A stretch of DNA of 43,448 bases from the sequence record SRR31156797_2522, one strand, 5' to 3'. Below, in pieces: positions 1 to 9,543 of the stretch. The notes below the pieces were generated by a model. It was not told the origin of the DNA. It ran no database searches and saw nothing but the letters and a program-made list of their open reading frames with translations. The stretch's first letter is position 1; every line of letters begins with the position of its first letter. The translations under genes were made by a program, and so were the position numbers.

Positions 1-171
1 TTTTAATGCTAAGCAGAGCTGAAGGAGTTCCCCTAATTCGCCTTTAGGCCAGCCTTTTTTATCAAACCACAGCAAGTACTCTTCAGGTAGATCGATCAGG
101 AATCGGCCTGCGTATTTACCGAAAGGCATCTTCATTCTGGCGAGTTTAAGTAGGTTCTCTTTTTCGAGCAT
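1..171 (-). CDS. DUF3820 (YpeB-like) family small protein, 3' end runs off the window
   Basis: Not in the ORF track. Manual translation from ATG at 171 gives MLEKENLLKLARMKMPFGKYAGRFLIDLPEEYLLWFDKKGWPKGELGELLQLCLALK..., which has the MPFGKY-G--L-DLPE-YL-W family signature. Confidence 0.9.
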   Translation of the reverse strand, partial: MLEKENLLKLARMKMPFGKYAGRFLIDLPEEYLLWFDKKGWPKGELGELLQLCLALK

Positions 172-236
172 AGTCTTGTAAGTCAGTTTTTTATTGAGGG
201 GCTATTGTGCCACCTTTCGATGGCACATAGAACGGG

Positions 237-1883
237 TTAAAGCTTTTCAAGCTCCGAAGGTTTTGCTTTATGACGTTTGGCTTGTTGTTTCTGAACCTGT
301 TTAATCAGGCGTCGAAGCTGTGTGGTCTCAAGCGGTTTTGGATCGGAAGAGTATAATGACGCACTTATTTGGTTGAGAGCTTCATCAATTTGTTTTTGTT
401 CTTCTTGTTCAACAGTGACTGTTTTCAGCCAAGCTTTTACAGCGGCAGAAATGGCAATTCCATCTTTCTCAGCCAGAGCTTGTTCTAACGCTTGGTACTC
501 ATTTGAATCTGGCGTAGAAACTTTCTCTGTTTTAATGACGGTATTGGCGCTTTTCATTTTTAATGCAACAAGCAGTGTCACAACCCATAACAGCGCAAAC
601 AAGCCTGTTAGGTATGGCCAAAAGCCAGCATCTTTAACCGTAATGGTTTCTACCTTCGCTGGTGGCTGAACAGGTGTGCTCGCCGGAACGAGTGAAGTTG
701 CACTCTCTTCAACGTCTATGGTTAGACCATTTAGCGAACTGCTTTGCTGCTTTTGATTGTCAGTGTTCCACCAGTTAACCGTGACAGGGGGTAACTCTAC
801 GGTTCCACTTTGACGCGGTATGAGAACCTGTTTCACCGTCATGACCACATCGCCATTTTCCAGCGTTTCAAACTGAGGCTTTTCGTCATACAAGCTGACG
901 GATGATGGATAGTTTACTTTAATATTTGGCAACTGCTCTTGAGTGAGCCCGGTTACCTGTAAACGAACCTCTCGGGTTACTGAATCACCCACACTGGTGC
1001 TTGTTTGAGGGGCCGATATCGCATTACCTTTTGAGTCAAACCATTGCTGAGTGAGAGACAATGCGCTCGCCGGTAACCAGTCACCTTGGTAGTTGGCGGG
1101 CTTTGGTTGGACGGCTATTGAGTATAATTTGGGTGTAGTTTCAATAGGCACTAATCGAGTACCGCCGTTGTAGCGACTGCCATAGACGATGGTGCCTTTG
1201 AATACGGGTTCACTTAACTGATAGCGACCGGCATTGCTGGCAGTGATACGAAAATCCTGATCGACAATCGTTACTTCAACGCCATCAACAACGGTTTGAT
1301 ACTGGTTCGCTTCACTGGCTGCTTTTAGTTCTAACCCTTCCGCCGAAGGTGGAGAGACTTTAGGGTTTTGCAGTCGTCTTGGGTCTGCTTTAATGATCAG
1401 CCGAACTTTAAGCAGCGCACTCTCGTTAGGGTACAACTCGCTTTTGGATAACTGAGATTGAACCTCTACTAAATCACTGATTTCAGGCTCTTGCTCGTCT
1501 TGCGCCACCTGAATTGAAATAGGTTGCGTCTCTTGACCATTAAGTTCAAAACTTGGGATGGTAATGAAGCCGATACGGTTCGCGGCTAAAGATACCGTCC
1601 ATTCGCTTTTATTGCTGCGCGTTCCGTTAATGATATTAATTGAAGAACCAAAACTCGGGCGGCCAAGGAAGAAATCCTTTTCTAACACGCTGAAGTCCAG
1701 ATCGTCTGAGGACGCTTTCTGATCACTGACAATTCGCAGTTGGAACACTTCATTTTTGACGACTTTGTTCTTACTCACCGTGGCATAAAAAGACGCGGCT
1801 TGAACAGAAATACTAAACAGGCTAATGCTGATAAAGGTGAGCCAATAAATGAGGCGGTTTTGTAAAACGTTCATGTTCACCAT
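237..1883 (-). CDS. batD: BatD family (oxygen tolerance) protein with signal peptide and C-terminal TM helix
   Basis: Signal peptide ending SVQA, repeated beta-rich BatD-like domains, WLPA and VNWWNT motifs, TM segment FWPYLTGLFALLWVVTLLV. Last Bat gene of the MoxR operon. Start could be 1874. Confidence 0.85.
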   Translation of the reverse strand: MVNMNVLQNRLIYWLTFISISLFSISVQAASFYATVSKNKVVKNEVFQLRIVSDQKASSDDLDFSVLEKDFFLGRPSFGSSINIINGTRSNKSEWTVSLAANRIGFITIPSFELNGQETQPISIQVAQDEQEPEISDLVEVQSQLSKSELYPNESALLKVRLIIKADPRRLQNPKVSPPSAEGLELKAASEANQYQTVVDGVEVTIVDQDFRITASNAGRYQLSEPVFKGTIVYGSRYNGGTRLVPIETTPKLYSIAVQPKPANYQGDWLPASALSLTQQWFDSKGNAISAPQTSTSVGDSVTREVRLQVTGLTQEQLPNIKVNYPSSVSLYDEKPQFETLENGDVVMTVKQVLIPRQSGTVELPPVTVNWWNTDNQKQQSSSLNGLTIDVEESATSLVPASTPVQPPAKVETITVKDAGFWPYLTGLFALLWVVTLLVALKMKSANTVIKTEKVSTPDSNEYQALEQALAEKDGIAISAAVKAWLKTVTVEQEEQKQIDEALNQISASLYSSDPKPLETTQLRRLIKQVQKQQAKRHKAKPSELEKL

Positions 1884-3646
1884 TTTTTGCCGTTGGATTG
1901 TGGAGGTTGTCTGTCTTGAGCTTGTAATAGTAGTTGCGCACGTAATAACCGGCTTGGGTCACGTGCGTTTTCAACTTGTTCCAGCTTTCTTAATTTTGGA
2001 TCGATTTGTTCCGTTGTCGATTGAGCGGCATTAGGCTGGTTTTCTGCCTTGTCAGGCTGATCGCTATCATTTTTTTTACTGGCTTTAGCTTGCGGCTGCT
2101 CGTTGTTCTGCTTAGCGTTGGTCTGCTGGTCTTGCTCATTTTTATCCGACTGTGAATCAGATTGCTGTTGCGACTTTCGCTGCTGAGGTTGTTGTTCGTT
2201 CTGCGAGTTGTTTTGCTCAGGCTGCGATTGCGGCTGGTTTTGAGCGTTTGATGATTGATCACCGTTATCATCAGACTGAGAATTTTGTTGCTGTTGCTGT
2301 TGCTGTTGCTTCTGTTGTTCTTGTTTCACGACCTCTAGGTTGCGCTTAGCGTCTTGATTATTTGGGTCTTGCGTAAGCACTTGCTCATACAGTTCTTGTG
2401 CTTTCTGCAAATCACCGTTTTGGGCATAGGCATTGGCTAAATTGTATTGGGTTCGCGGGGAAGGGTTCTCTATCTTAGAGAAGCTTTCAATTGCGCCTAC
2501 AAAATCGCGGTTTTGATAACGCGCGACGCCTTGCCACTCAGGATCGTCAAACTGCTCACTAGCCGCTTGATAATCCTGATTATTGTAGCGATCCATGGCT
2601 TGCTGGTTGTCATTCAACCATGGTGACGCCTCTGCGTGATTTGGCATTATGCTGATACCCGTTGTGAACAGCAGTAGAAAAATGGCACCACGACGAAACA
2701 GTAGCAGCGCTGGAACAACCAAAAAGGGCAGTAACCAATAACCGTTGTTCATTTGTTCTGAAAGGGTTTTATTTTGGTCTTTTTTGCCGACGTCTTGCGA
2801 GGCTTGTTGCGCCAGAATTTGTTCGACGTCTTTACCATCTGCTTGATAGGGCATGAATACGCCATTAACGCTTCTCGCTAACGATTGCATCGATTCGAAG
2901 TCTGTCTTGGCGATAACGGTTTGACCATTATCGGTTTTCAGTAGTGAGCCGTCACTGAGTGTGATAGGTGCACCATTCAAGGTTCCAATGCCAAGTATGG
3001 TTAAGTTCCAACGACTACCCGATAGTAAATCGTTAATGTCGTTTCGCTCTTGCTGGTCGATGTCATCCGCGAGAAGAATAATATCGCCTTGAGCAAGTCC
3101 TGCGTTTTTCATCATCTGTATCGCCAGCTCAACGCCTTTAGCCGCATTCGCCCCTGCGTAGGGCATGATATCGGGCGATAAGTTTGGAAGTAGGTTGGTA
3201 ATGGTTGCGCTGTCACTGGTTAACGGGCTTACGGTGTAGGCATCACCCGCGTAGGCGACCAACCCCGTACTGCCTTCAGTCCAACCTTTTAGCAAGTCGG
3301 TCGCTTTGTAGCGAGCCTGAGTTAGTCGGTTAGGTCGAATGTCCGTGGCGTATAAAGAAAGGGACATGTCCATCACTAACACTCGAGCATTGCTACTGGT
3401 GTAGCTGGGGCGAGTTTGTTTTTCGAAACTTGGTCCAGCCAGTGCAATGATAGCCACCAACCAGCTAACACTGAGTAGAGCGATAAGTTTGGTTTTGGGA
3501 GTACGAGTTTCTAACCCCATTGCGCTAGCAATATGAGTGGCAACAAGTCCGTGGGCTTGGTGGCGTTGTGCCAGCCAAACCAGTATAGCTGCCAGTGGTA
3601 TCAGTGTCAGAAACCATAGGGGGGCAAGGAAAGTAAAGTCAGACAT
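1877..3646 (-). CDS. vWA + TPR protein (BatB/BatC-like fusion) with Gln-rich linker
   Basis: N-terminal TM helices, MIDAS DMSLS, PLTSD motif, TPR YNLANAYAQNGDLQKAQELYEQVL, long Q/N/S-rich tail. Start placed at ATG 3646 after AGGAG. Confidence 0.9.
   Translation of the reverse strand: MSDFTFLAPLWFLTLIPLAAILVWLAQRHQAHGLVATHIASAMGLETRTPKTKLIALLSVSWLVAIIALAGPSFEKQTRPSYTSSNARVLVMDMSLSLYATDIRPNRLTQARYKATDLLKGWTEGSTGLVAYAGDAYTVSPLTSDSATITNLLPNLSPDIMPYAGANAAKGVELAIQMMKNAGLAQGDIILLADDIDQQERNDINDLLSGSRWNLTILGIGTLNGAPITLSDGSLLKTDNGQTVIAKTDFESMQSLARSVNGVFMPYQADGKDVEQILAQQASQDVGKKDQNKTLSEQMNNGYWLLPFLVVPALLLFRRGAIFLLLFTTGISIMPNHAEASPWLNDNQQAMDRYNNQDYQAASEQFDDPEWQGVARYQNRDFVGAIESFSKIENPSPRTQYNLANAYAQNGDLQKAQELYEQVLTQDPNNQDAKRNLEVVKQEQQKQQQQQQQQNSQSDDNGDQSSNAQNQPQSQPEQNNSQNEQQPQQRKSQQQSDSQSDKNEQDQQTNAKQNNEQPQAKASKKNDSDQPDKAENQPNAAQSTTEQIDPKLRKLEQVENARDPSRLLRAQLLLQAQDRQPPQSNGKKW
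2285..2310. repeat. Short hexamer tandem repeat (CTGTTG)n encoding poly-Gln
   Basis: ttgttg-ctgttg-ctgttg-ctgttg-ct on the + strand, which reads as CAG/CAA codons in the BatB-TPR gene. Confidence 0.7.
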
Positions 3647-4607
3647 GATTTCTCCTGACAATAAACAATATGACCGACAACACGAGTGCTAAGTATAACG
3701 GATAACTGAACCACTCCTCTTGCGGACGCCAGGTCTGAGTGGCTTGGCTAACAGGTTCCAAGTTATTTATCGTGTCGTAGATGGTTGCAAGTTCTTTCTG
3801 GTCACGGGCTCGGAAGTATTGTCCGCCAGTTAACTTGGCGATTTCTATTAAGCTCTTCTCATCGAGATCTTGAGCCGTGTTGACTTTACGGGTGATGAAA
3901 AACTCTTTCACCATCATTTCGCCAGCACCCACACCAACAGTATAGATAGTGGTGTTATATTTCTTAGCGATATTCGCCGCTTCAATCGGGTCTAAAACGC
4001 CCGAGGTATTGCTGCCATCACTCAGTAGAATCATTACCCGTTGTGGAGCATCACTGTCGATAAAGGTTTTCGTTGCCAGCCCGATACCTTCCCCGATAGC
4101 GGTTTTGGTGCCAATCAGCCTTAGTACCGCTTGATTGAGCTGTTGGCTAATGGTTTGGCGATCCAAAGTTAACGGAGTTTGCAAATAGGCGTGATCAGCA
4201 AAAAAGACCAAACCTAAACGGTCACCTTCTCGTTTGCTGATGAAATCGCTAAGAACTTGTTTTACCGCTGAAAGTCGGTCGATGTACTCACCGTTTGACT
4301 CCATATCTTCCTGACTCATGGAGTAGGAAAGATCGACCACTAGCATCATGTCACGATGCTTGGGTGATGTTGTTACTGGGTCGCCAAACCAGACTGGGCG
4401 ACACAAAGCTGCAATCACACTAAGCCAAATCAGCAATGCCAATAGTTTACTGAACCACTGCTTCGGCGGCTGAAGTGCATCTTGCTTGGGCAAGTAGGGC
4501 AACCGGATGGCAGCCCGTTCTTTTACTGGAGGTAATACTCGATTAATCACTAACGGCAGTGGCAAAAGAACAATCAGCCACCACCATACAAACTCAATAT
4601 TTGCCAA
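3639..4607 (-). CDS. BatA-like vWA domain protein
   Basis: N-terminal TM helices, MIDAS DLSYS, GDRLGLVFF, TAIGEGI, LLSDG, TGGQYFRA, C-terminal TM helix. Confidence 0.92.
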   Translation of the reverse strand: MANIEFVWWWLIVLLPLPLVINRVLPPVKERAAIRLPYLPKQDALQPPKQWFSKLLALLIWLSVIAALCRPVWFGDPVTTSPKHRDMMLVVDLSYSMSQEDMESNGEYIDRLSAVKQVLSDFISKREGDRLGLVFFADHAYLQTPLTLDRQTISQQLNQAVLRLIGTKTAIGEGIGLATKTFIDSDAPQRVMILLSDGSNTSGVLDPIEAANIAKKYNTTIYTVGVGAGEMMVKEFFITRKVNTAQDLDEKSLIEIAKLTGGQYFRARDQKELATIYDTINNLEPVSQATQTWRPQEEWFSYPLYLALVLSVILFIVRRNHV

Positions 4608-5079
4608 CGCTCGATAATCTCCGTTTTTGCGGCGGCAGCGCGGTATCCACCCATTGATAGCAATCTGCTATCAAATCTTGAGCGTTTTCTACTTTTTGCT
4701 TTTGATACAAAGCTTGCTGCCAAAGGGATTCGTTTTTCATAAATATTGGACTATCTACTTGTGAATCCAGAAATGAGTACCAGTCAGGACCGGTGAGGTG
4801 AGCCACTTGATCTCGTGGGTAGTAACAAAGTGCTGCCTGACGCACGAGCTCAATGGCTGCAGAAGGTGTTTGATGCCCCAACGCCGGATTTAACAATCTT
4901 AATGCGGTTTTCTTGGGTGCCATTCGTTTTTTTTTCCAACGAATGAGCAAAATCGTAGTAACAACGGCCACCATTATAGCCGCGATTACCGCCCACCATC
5001 CCCAAGATAGCGGTAACCAAGAGGGCGCTGCAGGTAACTGTAACGCATTAAGATCAAGTAGATTTGATGATTCCTTCAT
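4594..5079 (-). CDS. DUF4381 family membrane protein
   Basis: LP-APSWLPLSWGWW followed by a TM helix and LTGPDWYSFLD; canonical position between DUF58 and BatA. Confidence 0.88.
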   Translation of the reverse strand: MKESSNLLDLNALQLPAAPSWLPLSWGWWAVIAAIMVAVVTTILLIRWKKKRMAPKKTALRLLNPALGHQTPSAAIELVRQAALCYYPRDQVAHLTGPDWYSFLDSQVDSPIFMKNESLWQQALYQKQKVENAQDLIADCYQWVDTALPPQKRRLSSVGKY

Positions 5080-5089
5080 ATCTTTTTAT

Positions 5090-6010
5090 TTATCCAGATA
5101 ATTGTTTTAGCAAAGATAGTTCGCTTGAAAGTGAGCGATAGTCCATTTCCATAGATTGGCACAGTGATTCTAATTCTAATCTGTGAGAATCAAAGGCTTT
5201 TTTGATCTCTCTGCGAGAACTTTTGTTCGAAAAGTTGAGCCAACGATGACTTTTTCCATCACTGACTTTCTCAACACCTCTAAATGGTGTTTCTCCTTGC
5301 TCTAAAGGGTCAAAAATATGAACGAGTCGAACTCGGTTATGTTTACGTAACTGGTTGAATAGTGGTTTGAAGCTCGCATCGTAGTCAACGAAATCACTGA
5401 CCATCACCACTTCACTTCCTTTAGGGCAGAGGCGATTCAATGTTTGCAACACGGTTTGGATTGAGATGAGGTTTACTGGTTGAGTGAGCGCTTGTTGCTG
5501 GCACTCAACGAGATTGGCGATGATTTGCAGTGGCCCTTTGTTACGGCTGGTCGGTTTCACTTCGATCAGTTTACTGCCAGTGTTAATCACCGCGCCGATA
5601 CGATCTTTTTCCGCCACAGATAACCAGCTAATCAAGCTGGCCATATGCGCAGCTTGCACTGACTTGAGGAGCAATGACGAGCCAAACTGCATCGACTGGC
5701 TCATATCAATGTACACGATAACCGGTTTTTCTCTCTCTTCAGTGAACAGCTTAGTGTGTGGTTTACCCGTGCGAGCGGTAACGCGCCAATCTATCGAGCG
5801 GATATCATCTCCCGCTTGATATTGACGAACTTCCGCAAAGTCCATACCTCGGCCAAGCTGTTTACTTTGGTGCTGGCCAAGCAATTGTGACCACAAGCTT
5901 TTGGCTGGTGGTAACCATTTCACAGTGTGTTGCTGATACGTAATCAGCTCCTCTAAACAGAGATGAACCCCGTCTGAGTGTGATGGTAATGTATCGTGTG
6001 TCGACGCCAT
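5090..6010 (-). CDS. DUF58 domain protein
   Basis: GRGMDFAEVRQYQAGDDIRSIDWRVTAR signature, DMSQSMQFGS, SDF. Confidence 0.93.
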   Translation of the reverse strand: MASTHDTLPSHSDGVHLCLEELITYQQHTVKWLPPAKSLWSQLLGQHQSKQLGRGMDFAEVRQYQAGDDIRSIDWRVTARTGKPHTKLFTEEREKPVIVYIDMSQSMQFGSSLLLKSVQAAHMASLISWLSVAEKDRIGAVINTGSKLIEVKPTSRNKGPLQIIANLVECQQQALTQPVNLISIQTVLQTLNRLCPKGSEVVMVSDFVDYDASFKPLFNQLRKHNRVRLVHIFDPLEQGETPFRGVEKVSDGKSHRWLNFSNKSSRREIKKAFDSHRLELESLCQSMEMDYRSLSSELSLLKQLSG

Positions 6011-6019
6011 ATAACGACC

Positions 6020-6976
6020 TTATGCACTACCAACCAAAGAGAGTAGATGAGTGACCACCTGATTCGGGTGAACACCTTCAGCTTGTGCCTGATAAGTCAG
6101 CAGCAAGCGGTGGCGCAACACTGGAAACGCCATGGCCTGAACGTCTTCTGGGCTGACAAAATCTCGCCCTTGCAGCCATGCTCTCGCACGCGCGCAGCGA
6201 TCAAGCGCAATTGTGGCACGAGGGCTGACACCCATCTCTATCCATTGCGCTAATTTGGCATCGTATTGATCCGGTTTTCGGGTCGCCATCACCAGACGAA
6301 CAATGTATTGCTCTATCGTTTCCGCCATATGGATGTTTAGCACTTCTTGGCGAGCGTCGAATATCTGCTGTTGTGACAGCTTTGGTAGTTTTTGTCCCTT
6401 ATCACCTTTCGCTTCGCCGCGATTCAAGCGCAAAATGCTCAGTTCATGTTCGGCATCGGGATAATCGACATTCAAATGCAATAAGAAACGGTCAAGCTGG
6501 GCTTCAGGAAGCGGGTAAGTGCCTTCTTGTTCAATGGGGTTTTGGGTCGCCATCACCAGGAACAACTCTGGAAGTGGATAGGTTTTTCTACCCGCAGTGA
6601 TCTGTTTCTCTGCCATCGCTTCCAGCATTGCTGCTTGCACTTTTGCTGGCGCTCGGTTGATTTCATCGGCAAGGATCAACGAGTTAAAAATAGGGCCGGA
6701 TTGAAAAGAAAATTCCCCCGTTTCTGGGCGGAAAATATCGGTACCTGTTAAGTCGGCGGGCAGCAGATCAGGGGTGAACTGAATTCGGTGAAAATCGCCT
6801 TCGATACAGTCTGCCAACGATTTTACAGCGCGAGTTTTTGCTAACCCCGGAGGGCCTTCAACCAGAATATGCCCATCAGCTAATAGGGCAACGAGAAGTT
6901 GTTCGACGAGAGCACTTTGACCAATGACTTGTTGGTTTAAGTGCTGTTGTAAAGCATTAAAGGTTTCTGACTGCAT
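6020..6976 (-). CDS. moxR: MoxR family AAA+ ATPase
   Basis: Walker A GPPGLAKT, RIQFTPDLLPAD, Walker B LADEINR, ATQNPIEQEGTYPLPEAQLDRF. Confidence 0.96.
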   Translation of the reverse strand: MQSETFNALQQHLNQQVIGQSALVEQLLVALLADGHILVEGPPGLAKTRAVKSLADCIEGDFHRIQFTPDLLPADLTGTDIFRPETGEFSFQSGPIFNSLILADEINRAPAKVQAAMLEAMAEKQITAGRKTYPLPELFLVMATQNPIEQEGTYPLPEAQLDRFLLHLNVDYPDAEHELSILRLNRGEAKGDKGQKLPKLSQQQIFDARQEVLNIHMAETIEQYIVRLVMATRKPDQYDAKLAQWIEMGVSPRATIALDRCARARAWLQGRDFVSPEDVQAMAFPVLRHRLLLTYQAQAEGVHPNQVVTHLLSLVGSA

Positions 6977-7203
6977 GAAATCCTGCTCTCCTTGGTGATT
7001 CTGTACTTAGTGGGGTTAGGATTTAAAAAAGTTCCTGCAAAACGCCATGTCAGTGATTGTTTGATGACATATTAAGCAATTATGACAGCAGATTGTTCTG
7101 ATTCGCTGAATGATATGGGGGACGTAAACGTATTTATAAATAGCCGCTTAGCAAGAAACTCGAAATAAATAATCAACGTGATGAATTTGTAGACAGTCTA
7201 CAA

Positions 7204-7230
7204 TAAAAAAGTATGATGTGCGGCCGATAA
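7204..7230 (+). promoter_or_regulatory. Sigma28 (FliA-type) promoter of the chemoreceptor gene
   Basis: TAAA (7204-7207)-N15-GCCGATAA (7223-7230), an exact consensus match 52 nt before the ATG of an MCP. Confidence 0.85.
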
Positions 7231-7282
7231 CTATACGGTTAAAAATTCATCGCCAGAGCAATGTCAGGTGGGAAAATAAAAA

Positions 7283-9199
7283 ATGATTAAATTCAGCAAT
7301 ATGAGTATCAAAATGAAGGTGGTATTGGGAATCACCTTTGCTGTACTAGCGTCGACAGTCATTGTTGGTGTTATGGCACAGCGTCAGGCTAGGGATGTTT
7401 TAGAACACAGATTGGTAGATATTGAACTACCTTCAATGCTTGAGCAAATCAGCTATCAAGTTGATACCGAAGTGAAACATCTACTCTTCGCTGCCGAGCA
7501 AATCGTTAATAGTGAATTTATTAAAAAAGCGATAGCGACAAAGAACATAGATTCTGACGATGAAGCGATGTTAGTTAAGCAGCTTAACGCAGTGCGTGCC
7601 CAGTATGATCTTAATGATGCATCGGTTGCGAATCGTCAAACGGCTTTTTATTGGAATCAAAATGGATTTTTGCGTGAGCTTAACCGCCAACAAGACGGTT
7701 GGTTTTTTGGGTTTGTTAATTCAGGCAATCCAACCATGGTCAGTATGTTCCAGGAAGCGTCTGGTGAAGTAAAAATGTTTGCCAACTTCCAGGATGTTAA
7801 CGGTCAAACCATGTCTGGCTTATCTAAGTCAATGGACGATATGGTAAGTCTGCTCAATGAATTCAAGATCGAAAAGACCGGTTATGTCTTTTTGACGAAT
7901 GCTAAAGGTGACGTTCAAATTCACCGCGATAAAGCCAAAGCGAAATCGACGCTTTCACAGTTGTATGGCTCTGACACCAATAAACTGCTTAACAAGTCAT
8001 CATTGAACTTGATTACCGCTAAAGAAAACGGTGTCGATGTTTTCGTCGCGAGCCTGTATGTGAAATCTATGGACTGGTTCGTGGTTGGTATGGTACCTAA
8101 AAGTGAGGTATTTGCTGACTTAGATGCTGTTGCTCAGCGTATGCTGTTTACCACCGTGATTGTTGCGGCAATTTTTATCGCGATGGGAATACTGCTTGCG
8201 AACAGTATTGCCAACCCAATTCGTCAGATAGCGATTCGTTTTACCGATTTGGGTAAAGGCGATGGTGATCTGTCTCAGCGTATTGAAGTACAAGGTAACG
8301 ATGAAATCGCCCAACTGTCGAAGGGCTTTAATGGTTTTATTGAGAAAATCCATCATTCAATGAAAGAAGTGGCTTCAACCAGCAGTGCGTTGCAAGAAGC
8401 GGCAGAAACGGTATCGACTAAGGCGCACACCACTCACGATAATAGCCAAAGCCAACGTGATCAAACGATCCAAGTGGTGACAGCTATCAACGAAATGGGT
8501 GCAACAATCAGCGAGATCGCCTCAAATGCGGCAACCGCGGCTGAAACCGCCAATGAAGCGACTTCAAATACTGAAGTCGGTCGTGAAGTCGTTTCTCAGG
8601 CGAAAGAAGCAATCAGCCGTTTGGCTGCTGATATTGATAATATCGGCTCAGTTGTTCAGCAGTTGGCATCAACCACTCAGGATATCGGTTCGATCCTTGA
8701 CGTTATCCGCGACATTTCTGATCAGACAAACTTACTGGCTCTGAATGCTGCGATTGAGGCAGCACGAGCAGGTGAGCAAGGGCGTGGATTTGCTGTGGTT
8801 GCTGATGAAGTACGTAATCTAGCAAGTCGCACCGCATCGTCGACTGAAGAAATTCAGAAGATGATCAACCAGCTACAAAGTGATGCCAAAGATGCGGTAT
8901 CAGCGATGGAAGCCGGTAAGTCTGTGACGTTAGAAGGAGTATCCTCTTCGGACGAAGCGGTTGAAGTGTTGGTCGGGATCTCTCAGCGTATCCATGATAT
9001 TTCAGACCGTAATACTCAGGTAGCAACCGCAACCGAAGAGCAGTCGACCGTAGTTCATACGATCAATATGAACATCGAAGAAATCAATATGATTAATGAG
9101 ATCACCACGGGTACGGCAGAAGAGCTTGCAGGTGCAAGTCAGGAATTACGTGAACTGTCAGCTCGCCTCGATAACATGGTTGGTAGCTTTAAACTTTAA
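7283..9199 (+). CDS. Methyl-accepting chemotaxis protein (TM-dCache-like-TM-HAMP-MA)
   Basis: Two TM helices flanking a ~260 aa periplasmic domain, HAMP (GDLSQRI...DEIAQL), [31 protein letters not shown]. Confidence 0.96.
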   Translation: MIKFSNMSIKMKVVLGITFAVLASTVIVGVMAQRQARDVLEHRLVDIELPSMLEQISYQVDTEVKHLLFAAEQIVNSEFIKKAIATKNIDSDDEAMLVKQLNAVRAQYDLNDASVANRQTAFYWNQNGFLRELNRQQDGWFFGFVNSGNPTMVSMFQEASGEVKMFANFQDVNGQTMSGLSKSMDDMVSLLNEFKIEKTGYVFLTNAKGDVQIHRDKAKAKSTLSQLYGSDTNKLLNKSSLNLITAKENGVDVFVASLYVKSMDWFVVGMVPKSEVFADLDAVAQRMLFTTVIVAAIFIAMGILLANSIANPIRQIAIRFTDLGKGDGDLSQRIEVQGNDEIAQLSKGFNGFIEKIHHSMKEVASTSSALQEAAETVSTKAHTTHDNSQSQRDQTIQVVTAINEMGATISEIASNAATAAETANEATSNTEVGREVVSQAKEAISRLAADIDNIGSVVQQLASTTQDIGSILDVIRDISDQTNLLALNAAIEAARAGEQGRGFAVVADEVRNLASRTASSTEEIQKMINQLQSDAKDAVSAMEAGKSVTLEGVSSSDEAVEVLVGISQRIHDISDRNTQVATATEEQSTVVHTINMNIEEINMINEITTGTAEELAGASQELRELSARLDNMVGSFKL

Positions 9200-9275
9200 G
9201 CTTTAGAATCAAGGCTAGAAACCTAAAGGGGAGTTGGGTAAAATTCTCCCCAGATTTTGAAATTAGGTAAGTACA

Positions 9276-9476
9276 ATGAGCGATTTTGAAAAAGAACTTG
9301 AGCAAATGACCGAAGAAGCGGGTAATGAGCCTGAAGTGGCTTTACCAACTTTGGAAGAGCAAAAAGCGGTGGTTGAAGAGCTTAAGCGTCTGGAAGCGGA
9401 AGGTAAGCTAACACCAGAAGTGCTAGAAGCACACTTTGGTAAGTTCTATGCGAAAACGGATGCGCCGATTCACTAA
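9276..9476 (+). CDS. Small acidic hypothetical protein (66 aa)
   Basis: ATG with upstream AGGT, host-like codons, strongly Glu-rich helical sequence, directly followed by a terminator. Confidence 0.85.
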   Translation: MSDFEKELEQMTEEAGNEPEVALPTLEEQKAVVEELKRLEAEGKLTPEVLEAHFGKFYAKTDAPIH

Positions 9477-9492
9477 CGAGTGAACGATGAAT

Positions 9493-9530
9493 AAAAAAGG
9501 TCTAGCTAAAATGCTAGACCTTTTGTTTTT
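9493..9530. terminator. Bidirectional intrinsic terminator
   Basis: AAAAGGTCTAGC-taaaat-GCTAGACCTTTT with A/T tracts on both sides, between convergent genes. Confidence 0.88.
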
Positions 9531-9543
9531 ATGGAGAATCGAA

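Noticed and set aside
4927-4935. A9 run in the DUF4381 coding strand as a phase-variation tract
   Set aside because: Encodes the basic KKK patch after the TM helix; frame is intact and no other evidence.
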